A stretch of DNA of 64,000 nt from a virus. The stretch spans positions 80,266 through 144,265 of IMG/VR virus record IMGVR_UViG_3300013005_003552. One strand, given 5' to 3'. Below are positions 58,238 to 64,000 of the stretch, piece after piece. How positions within the stretch are numbered: position 1 is the stretch's first letter; every line of letters starts with the position of its first letter. The translations under genes and the position numbers were made by a program. The notes beneath the pieces are model-generated. The model saw nothing but the letters and a program-made list of their open reading frames with translations. It did no database searches and was not told the origin of the DNA.

Positions 58238-58410
58238 CAACCCAATCAAATGATCGCTTTCGTAACTGGCTGCGTAACATTTGGTTAGAAAACTGCCGGG
58301 AACACGAAGAATTCCAACAACTGCCGTACTCTCTAAGAGAATACTGGAACCGATACAAATACTGGCTCAAACGCGAATATAGGCATCAGCAGAGAAATGG
58401 CCAAGCATAA
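58234..58410 (+). CDS. Small hypothetical protein (58 aa, not in ORF track)
   Basis: ATGA coupling; Trp/Arg-rich. Confidence 0.65.
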   Translation: MTTQSNDRFRNWLRNIWLENCREHEEFQQLPYSLREYWNRYKYWLKREYRHQQRNGQA

Positions 58411-58759
58411 AAAACAACCGCGACTGTTTTTGCTCAGCTGGGACATGTACGGCCTTGAATCTTTGGTAGACTTGACCACACTTGAACATTTGCGTGACCA
58501 AGAAGAGAAAATCCGCCTGCTCAAGATCCTTAGTGATCCTAAGGCCAAAGACCCAGGTGATCAAACAGGTACTGCCTTGAACAGAGCTGTACAAGGCATT
58601 CTAATGCGAGCCAGAATAAACAGTCAAAGGCATTATGAAGTTTATACCATCCAGGTAGACCCAAACATCCAAGAAAAGGATCTTTGGGATATGTTCAATA
58701 GCAGTCCACACACAGCCGCAGAATTGATACGCGAGCACGGTAACCGTTTGCACGGTTGA
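58397..58759 (+). CDS. Hypothetical protein
   Basis: WDMYGLES, RARINSQRHYEVY. Confidence 0.7.
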   Translation: MAKHKKQPRLFLLSWDMYGLESLVDLTTLEHLRDQEEKIRLLKILSDPKAKDPGDQTGTALNRAVQGILMRARINSQRHYEVYTIQVDPNIQEKDLWDMFNSSPHTAAELIREHGNRLHG

Positions 58760-58784
58760 CCAAAAAGGCCCATTTTGCTATACT
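58756..58784 (+). promoter_or_regulatory. Strong sigma70 (early) promoter
   Basis: TTGACC-17bp-TATACT, same cassette as 9083. Confidence 0.8.
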
Positions 58785-58810
58785 TGTGTTATAGTAAAAA
58801 AGGAGCCAAA

Positions 58811-59077
58811 ATGCAGCCAGCAAACACACTTTATGCAAAAGTGTTGCTAAAAAAGCAACCATACAGCCAAAATGTTATTAGTATTGTAATATGTGCTAGT
58901 ACTGCGCCAAACTTTACCAAAGCCAACGCACCCTATTACACCGAACTGCCCTTGCAAGTAACCACGCTAGATCAAATTCATGCCAAAGTACACAATTTCC
59001 AAACATGGTCCAACACTGCCAGTGTAAGTCTATCAATCCATGCTAAAGTTTTTGAACATTTATTTGATGTTGCTTAA
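58811..59077 (+). CDS. Early hypothetical protein
   Basis: AAGGAGCCAAAATG; MQPANTLY. Confidence 0.6.
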   Translation: MQPANTLYAKVLLKKQPYSQNVISIVICASTAPNFTKANAPYYTELPLQVTTLDQIHAKVHNFQTWSNTASVSLSIHAKVFEHLFDVA

Positions 59078-59099
59078 AAACTACACCAGCAAAACTTTG

Positions 59100-59128
59100 T
59101 TGACACAAATTCACATCTGCAATATACT
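59100..59128 (+). promoter_or_regulatory. sigma70 promoter
   Basis: TTGACA-17bp-TATACT. Confidence 0.8.
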
Positions 59129-59160
59129 AGTTCTGCAAATCACATTTTTAGGAGTTTAAG

Positions 59161-60282
59161 ATGGCGGCACAAACAAGCGAAAATCGTACTATCACAGCAA
59201 TTGAGGCTCGCAAGACTATCATGCGATGCTTTAAGAAACAGCGCCCTGTGTTTCTCTGGGGCCCCCCGGGCATTGGCAAGAGTGAGCTGGTAGAAGGCAT
59301 CACCAATGAACTTGACGGTTTCATGATTGACTTACGACTAGGTCAAATGGAGCCCACTGACATCCGAGGCATTCCTTTTTACAACAAGGACTTGGGTAAA
59401 ATGGATTGGGCACCGCCTGTTGACTTGCCCGACCAAGAACTGGCCAGCCAGTATCCTATTATCGTTCTATTTTTGGACGAACTTAATTCAGCGGCGCCGG
59501 CTGTGCAAAGTGCGGCGTACCAGCTGATTCTAAATCGGCGTGTGGGAAAATATGTACTACCCAACAATGTGGTTATGGTTGCCGCCGGTAACCGCGAAAG
59601 CGACAAGGGTGTTACATTCCGCATGCCGACCCCTCTTGCCAATCGCTTTGTTCACCAGGAATTGCGTGTGGACCACGGCGCCTGGGAACAGTGGGCAGTG
59701 AACAATAAAATCCACAAAGATGTGGTTGGTTATGTTGGCTTTGCCAAACAAGACTTGTTTGACTTCGATTCTCGCAGTCCCAGCCGTGCGTTTGCCACAC
59801 CACGCACCTGGAGCTTTGTGAGTCAATTCTGTGAAGACGAAGACACAACTGATGCAGAATTGACTAACCTGATTGCAGGTACAGTTGGCGAAGGCATTGC
59901 CATCAAGTTCATGGCTCACCGCAAGGTTGCAGGCAAGATGCCCAAGCCCGACGATGTGCTCAGCGGTAAAGTAACTACTCTTGACACCAAAGAAATTAGT
60001 GCTCAGTACTCGCTGGCAGTGAGCTTGTGCTACAGCCTGCAAGAGAAGTTTCAAGCAGTGCAAGGCGACAAGACCAAGATGGATGCATGGCACCCGCTGG
60101 CTGACAACTTCCTCAAGTACATGATGGACAATTTCAACACTGAGTTGGTGGTCATGGGTTCGCGTATTGCACTCACTACCTACAACCTGCCGCTGATCCC
60201 CAACAAGCTCAAGAACTTTGACGAGTTCCACAAGCGTTTTGGCAAGTACATCCTGGCTGCAAGTGCTCGCGAGAAAGCCTAA
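59161..60282 (+). CDS. MoxR/dynein-related AAA+ ATPase
   Basis: GPPGIGKS, LFLDELN, AAGNR, LANRF, TPRTW. Confidence 0.9.
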   Translation: MAAQTSENRTITAIEARKTIMRCFKKQRPVFLWGPPGIGKSELVEGITNELDGFMIDLRLGQMEPTDIRGIPFYNKDLGKMDWAPPVDLPDQELASQYPIIVLFLDELNSAAPAVQSAAYQLILNRRVGKYVLPNNVVMVAAGNRESDKGVTFRMPTPLANRFVHQELRVDHGAWEQWAVNNKIHKDVVGYVGFAKQDLFDFDSRSPSRAFATPRTWSFVSQFCEDEDTTDAELTNLIAGTVGEGIAIKFMAHRKVAGKMPKPDDVLSGKVTTLDTKEISAQYSLAVSLCYSLQEKFQAVQGDKTKMDAWHPLADNFLKYMMDNFNTELVVMGSRIALTTYNLPLIPNKLKNFDEFHKRFGKYILAASAREKA

Positions 60283-60286
60283 AACG

Positions 60287-60322
60287 AACAGAGTGGGTTT
60301 GACCATAAATCCACTCTGTTTT
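60287..60322 (+). terminator. Hairpin terminator overlapping the next promoter
   Basis: AACAGAGTGGGTTT-GACCAT-AAATCCACTCTGTT, ending in a T run. Confidence 0.65.
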
Positions 60323-60327
60323 ATAAT
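60299..60327 (+). promoter_or_regulatory. sigma70 promoter
   Basis: TTGACC-17bp-TATAAT. Confidence 0.75.
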
Positions 60328-60350
60328 ACATACTCATATAAGGAGCCTGC

Positions 60351-61628
60351 ATGTCAACTGCATCCACTACTCTTAACGAAAAGATTAAGAAAAAAGATTT
60401 ACCCAAGATTGAGTTTGATCAAAAGCGCGACAATGCTGTTCGCGAAAAACTGATCACAGCTCGTATTGCACTGTTACTCAAAGCACCGTTTTTTGGCAAC
60501 CTTGCAACTCGCATGAAACTGATCAATGGTGACGAATGGTGTCCTACTGCGGCAACCGACGGACGCAATTTCTACTACAATACTCTTTTTATCGAAAAAC
60601 TACCTCCTAAACAACTAGAGTTTTTAGTTGGACATGAGGTTTTACATGCGGTATATGATCACATGGGTCGCCGAGGTGATCGTGATCCTATGATTTTTAA
60701 TGTGGCCAATGACTTTGCTGTAAACAGTGATTTGGTTGATCAAAAGGTTGGCGAACGCATTAGTGTTGTGCCCATGTTGTACGATTCAAAATATCGCGGC
60801 ATGAGTTCAGAAGAGATCTACGACGATCTCATGAAGAATGTCAAGAAGATCAATTTAGATCAGCTGGTCGAACAACTGCTAGACGAGCATTTGGATGGTA
60901 ACGATGGTGAGGATGACGGCGACGGCGACAAGGACGGCAAAGGTCGCCCGCGTTTGAGCGAAGAAGAAAAACAGCAGATTCGCGACGAGATTCGCGAAGC
61001 GGTATTGAATGCTGCTCAGCAGTCAGGTGCAGGCAACTTGCCCGCAGGTGTCAAGCGTCTAATCAAGGACTTGACTGAAAGTGTTATTGATTGGCGCTCA
61101 TTGTTGGAACAGCAAATTCAAAGCACAATCAAGAGTGACTTTACTTGGATGAAGCCTAGCCGTAAAGGATGGCACATGGATGCTATCATGCCTGGTATGT
61201 TGCCTGGTACACAAATTGATATTTGTGTAGCAATTGACACTTCGGGCTCAATCAGTGAGCGTGACATCAAAGACTTCATGGCCGAGATCAAGGGCATCAT
61301 GGAAGCCTACGACGAGTACAAGATTCATGTATGGTGCTTTGATACAGAAATCTATAATCCGCAAATCTTTACTAGTGAAAATCTAGAAGACATTGCCAAC
61401 TACCAACCAGCCGGGGGTGGCGGCACAGACTTTATGGCAAACTACGAGTGGATGAAGGCCAACGATATTCAGCCCAAGAAGTTTGTTATGTTTACTGACG
61501 GCATGCCGTTTGGTGAGTGGGGTGATGAGCAGTATTGCGATGTATGTTGGATCATCAAAGGCAACCCTGGCTGTGAACCACCATTTGGTGTGTGGGCTCA
61601 TTACGAGGAGGCAGCAAAAAGCAAATGA
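60351..61628 (+). CDS. Metallopeptidase-VWA protein (DUF2201-like)
   Basis: TAATDG, HEVLH, MIDAS DTSGS, GGGGTDF, FTDG. Confidence 0.9.
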   Translation: MSTASTTLNEKIKKKDLPKIEFDQKRDNAVREKLITARIALLLKAPFFGNLATRMKLINGDEWCPTAATDGRNFYYNTLFIEKLPPKQLEFLVGHEVLHAVYDHMGRRGDRDPMIFNVANDFAVNSDLVDQKVGERISVVPMLYDSKYRGMSSEEIYDDLMKNVKKINLDQLVEQLLDEHLDGNDGEDDGDGDKDGKGRPRLSEEEKQQIRDEIREAVLNAAQQSGAGNLPAGVKRLIKDLTESVIDWRSLLEQQIQSTIKSDFTWMKPSRKGWHMDAIMPGMLPGTQIDICVAIDTSGSISERDIKDFMAEIKGIMEAYDEYKIHVWCFDTEIYNPQIFTSENLEDIANYQPAGGGGTDFMANYEWMKANDIQPKKFVMFTDGMPFGEWGDEQYCDVCWIIKGNPGCEPPFGVWAHYEEAAKSK

Positions 61629-61885
61629 AAAAAATCTACCATTTTCTTTGCTGGCAGTGGCAACAGTTTGAAACATGGCAGCGGTTTTGGCTGCTGGCCA
61701 TGTTTCTCTTTGGGTGTACTTTTACCGCGCCAGACCATTGGCGTCCATATTTTGTATGGCCGGCCTGTGTTATTGTGATTGGTTATATACTAAAATGGAT
61801 ACTGTATGATGGTATTAGAAATGCTTGGAATAAGTACAATGAAGAGCAAGAAAAAATTGTTCAGATAATAAAAGATTCCAGGTAG
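61625..61885 (+). CDS. Membrane protein
   Basis: Two TM segments. Confidence 0.65.
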   Translation: MKKIYHFLCWQWQQFETWQRFWLLAMFLFGCTFTAPDHWRPYFVWPACVIVIGYILKWILYDGIRNAWNKYNEEQEKIVQIIKDSR

Positions 61886-61887
61886 AA

Positions 61888-62091
61888 ATGCTGCATCAAG
61901 AATTGATTAGAGCGACTACTTTGCTAGTCGCTATTTTTTTTCTATTCTATTATTTTACCAAGACAGACCGTGAGGCCTCTGCTCTGCGCAGAGATTGCGG
62001 TATCGTGGTTGAGCGCGATAAAATCACTAATCAACAGCGATCTGACTGTGCTCGTTATCTAAAAGAAATGCAAAAATACAAGTCCAAGTAA
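61888..62091 (+). CDS. Small membrane-anchored protein
   Basis: N-terminal TM, two Cys. Confidence 0.6.
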   Translation: MLHQELIRATTLLVAIFFLFYYFTKTDREASALRRDCGIVVERDKITNQQRSDCARYLKEMQKYKSK

Positions 62092-62104
62092 AATAAATAT
62101 TTGC

Positions 62105-62743
62105 ATGTTACCATTGCAAATACACCCGCAGAAACTCAATAGCCACACACTTGACAAACTTGAACAATTGATTCTTTCAAAGAGTCAATTGGTTCCATAC
62201 GAAGATCCCAAAGGCGTCTGGGTTGATCAAGGGCTCGTAGCCAATCATCACATTTGGGAATGGGAGCATCCGGATACTGCGGACATCAAAGCCTCCTTGG
62301 ACGAAATTTTGCATCCTTTACTAGGCAACTATGTGAGCATGGCCAGCTACATTCTTGAAAGCCAACTGCCATGGGATGTTCACAACGACTACATCATTGA
62401 ATGCAAACACACTGACATAGAACCTTATTATGCTGTGATGATCCCATTGGAAACTGTGTCTACACGCACAGTATTTTTTGATCAGTGGGCTGCATACAAA
62501 GACTTTGGTCGCTATAAACAAGAACACGGACCTATTCCTGATCATGTGCCTCACACCGAATGGAGTGACATGCTTGGACATTGTAGAGCCATGGATAGAT
62601 TCTTTCTCAGCATACACAAAGTATACGAGTGGCAACGCGGCGATCTGGTGTTGTTTGATAGAAAACAATGGCATGCTAGTGATGATTATCGCAGTCGCTT
62701 GAAAAACAAACGAGCCATAATTTTGTTTACAAACAAACTGTAA
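62105..62743 (+). CDS. 2OG-Fe(II) oxygenase-like protein
   Basis: HND, VMIPL, GDLVLFDR..WHAS, KRAI. Confidence 0.6.
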   Translation: MLPLQIHPQKLNSHTLDKLEQLILSKSQLVPYEDPKGVWVDQGLVANHHIWEWEHPDTADIKASLDEILHPLLGNYVSMASYILESQLPWDVHNDYIIECKHTDIEPYYAVMIPLETVSTRTVFFDQWAAYKDFGRYKQEHGPIPDHVPHTEWSDMLGHCRAMDRFFLSIHKVYEWQRGDLVLFDRKQWHASDDYRSRLKNKRAIILFTNKL

Positions 62744-62754
62744 TTTGCTATACT
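62726..62754 (+). promoter_or_regulatory. sigma70 promoter (leaderless downstream gene)
   Basis: TTTACA-17bp-TATACT; ATG 62760. Confidence 0.65.
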
Positions 62755-62759
62755 ACAGC

Positions 62760-62954
62760 ATGGCAGATGAAAAACACTCCTATCAATATACCATGCTTCC
62801 GATGGTATTGGCTAGTCACGAAACCACAACCAATCCAACAGACTATCTGGAACTGTTAAACGCTTTGGGCCAAAGCGGATATGAATTAGTAGCCATACAC
62901 AACGAGGTGTTCATCTTAAAAAAACATGTTATTTCCAGAAATCAATCCACTTAA
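62760..62954 (+). CDS. DUF4177-like small protein
   Basis: YQY..LNALGQSGYELVA..ILKK. Confidence 0.55.
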   Translation: MADEKHSYQYTMLPMVLASHETTTNPTDYLELLNALGQSGYELVAIHNEVFILKKHVISRNQST

Positions 62955-63219
62955 TGTACACGGGCTCAGACGCACAGACCATTGTCCTCCACACTTTGCT
63001 CGTGTACCGTTTGACTTGTATGTTAATGAACAAGACATCTTAGACTGGGTCTATACAAATCTTCATGGGCGTTTTTATTTTGGAGACTACATTAGCACAG
63101 AAAGCAATGGTAAAAGAATCATGTGCAAACTTTTAGCTTTTGAAAATCATAGCGAAAGCACTTACCTGGGACTGTTCCTTGATCAAATCAATGATCGAAA
63201 CAATCATAACATTTGGTAA
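62926..63219 (+). CDS. Hypothetical protein
   Basis: INPLNV..PPHF..NLHGRFY..FE. Confidence 0.7.
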   Translation: MLFPEINPLNVHGLRRTDHCPPHFARVPFDLYVNEQDILDWVYTNLHGRFYFGDYISTESNGKRIMCKLLAFENHSESTYLGLFLDQINDRNNHNIW

Positions 63220-63282
63220 AGAAAAAAAATCAATTGGCTGTGTTGCCGTAAATAAAATAGCAGTTATTCAAATGGAGAATTT

Positions 63283-63555
63283 ATGAGTACAGTGGAATCA
63301 CCCGAACCGCGTCCTACGCTTGGCGTAACCGATTTAGTGAATATTGCCCAGATTATACAGTTGGCTACTAGTAGAGGCAGTTGGAAGACTGAAGAACTCA
63401 GCACAGTTGGCAATACCTATGACAAATTGATCGCGTTTCTAGAAGCAGCTGGTGCTGTTACTAGAAGTGCGGCTGACGACACCGCGCCGTCAACAGAAAC
63501 AGTAGCGGAACCTAAGGAGAAAAAAAATGCTAAAGCACGTGGTAAAACACAATAA
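63283..63555 (+). CDS. Hypothetical protein
   Basis: TAAATA + GGAG; ATSRGSWK.EEL. Confidence 0.7.
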   Translation: MSTVESPEPRPTLGVTDLVNIAQIIQLATSRGSWKTEELSTVGNTYDKLIAFLEAAGAVTRSAADDTAPSTETVAEPKEKKNAKARGKTQ

Positions 63556-64000
63556 TCGTCGGGCAGCTCTGTTGTATCGCAGAGTCCCCGGCGAAGATCA
63601 TATGTGTCTTTTGGTTTACAGCGATCTGCTGCCCAGAATGATTCATGATGAAATTATGAAGGTACTAGAAAGTGCCCCTGGTCAACAGGCCAACGACTTA
63701 GCCGATGCTCTGTTCCGCAATATAATGCCCGATGGTCGTAACACACTTCAGGTGCTACACGCCGAAGGCATGATTCAAAAAGTTCCTTGCAATCAAGTTA
63801 TTGTTCAGGCCAATGCCAAAAGTACTGTACGACTAGATGAACTCAATGACATTTTGGACGAAATGGCCAAGGGCCAGGAAGCTGTGCAACGCCTGGCAGA
63901 ACTTGATCACAAAGTAACCGGTTGGAAACCAGGCATGCAAGAACGCGAAGCTGCCAAACCAAAAGCCAAAGTAGTAGAAGGTCGTGAAGTTGGTGCACCA
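63527..64000 (+). CDS. Hypothetical phage protein (3' truncated, not in ORF track)
   Basis: AAGGAG RBS; MLKHVVKHNNRR.. open to the window end. Confidence 0.7.
   Translation, partial: MLKHVVKHNNRRAALLYRRVPGEDHMCLLVYSDLLPRMIHDEIMKVLESAPGQQANDLADALFRNIMPDGRNTLQVLHAEGMIQKVPCNQVIVQANAKSTVRLDELNDILDEMAKGQEAVQRLAELDHKVTGWKPGMQEREAAKPKAKVVEGREVGAP

Noticed and set aside
1-64000. Bacterial chromosome origin (dnaK, dnaJ, clpA, galE, folE)
   Set aside because: These genes are embedded among T4-like replication, lysis and fibre genes with late promoters, and bacterial operon context (grpE, clpS, galTK) is missing.
1-64000. Stop-codon reassignment
   Set aside because: Long conserved genes are intact in the standard code, and TAA, TGA and TAG all end genes at sensible positions.
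1-64000. tRNA, rRNA, CRISPR array, integrase/transposase, reverse transcriptase, intron or intein
   Set aside because: None recognised; intergenic gaps are short and the polymerase is uninterrupted. A tRNAscan/Infernal run would be needed to exclude these fully.

Overview
This is a 64-kb piece of a large lytic T4-like (myovirus-type) dsDNA phage. It is densely coded in the standard genetic code, and all genes except phoH lie on the + strand. The phage call rests on a tail-fibre-like gene, a gp43-type family B DNA polymerase, a gp44-like clamp loader, a gp45-like clamp, a T4-type RNase H, a GH19 endolysin/spanin/holin cassette and about 20 TAAATA late-promoter-like motifs. The host is probably a Gram-negative proteobacterium (spanin-like genes, proteobacterial-type DnaK, sigma70 promoters, an IHF consensus site). 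The window also encodes chaperones (GroES-like, DnaK, DnaJ, ClpA) and auxiliary genes (PhoH, Dps, desaturase). The main candidate system, at about 38-53.8 kb, is a 7-deazaguanine DNA-modification pathway: a TGT-fold DpdA, FolE, QueD, QueE and a DpdL-like T-fold paralogue, with no QueC/QueF in the window. These genes are interleaved with a GT-B glycosyltransferase, two NDP-sugar epimerases, a cytidylyltransferase, a purine PRTase and a putative sugar O-methyltransferase. I hypothesise a glycosylated 7-deazaguanine hypermodification. The queD and folE leaders carry related small pseudoknot-like elements, and the queD one resembles a preQ1-I riboswitch. Other non-coding signals are a bulged-G hairpin shared by the dnaK and dnaJ leaders, a bistable phoH leader, a gp43-operator-like hairpin, nested early/late promoters and probable leaderless mRNAs. 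All calls come from reading motifs by eye; no searches were run. Many starts were moved from the ORF track to better RBS- or overlap-supported codons.
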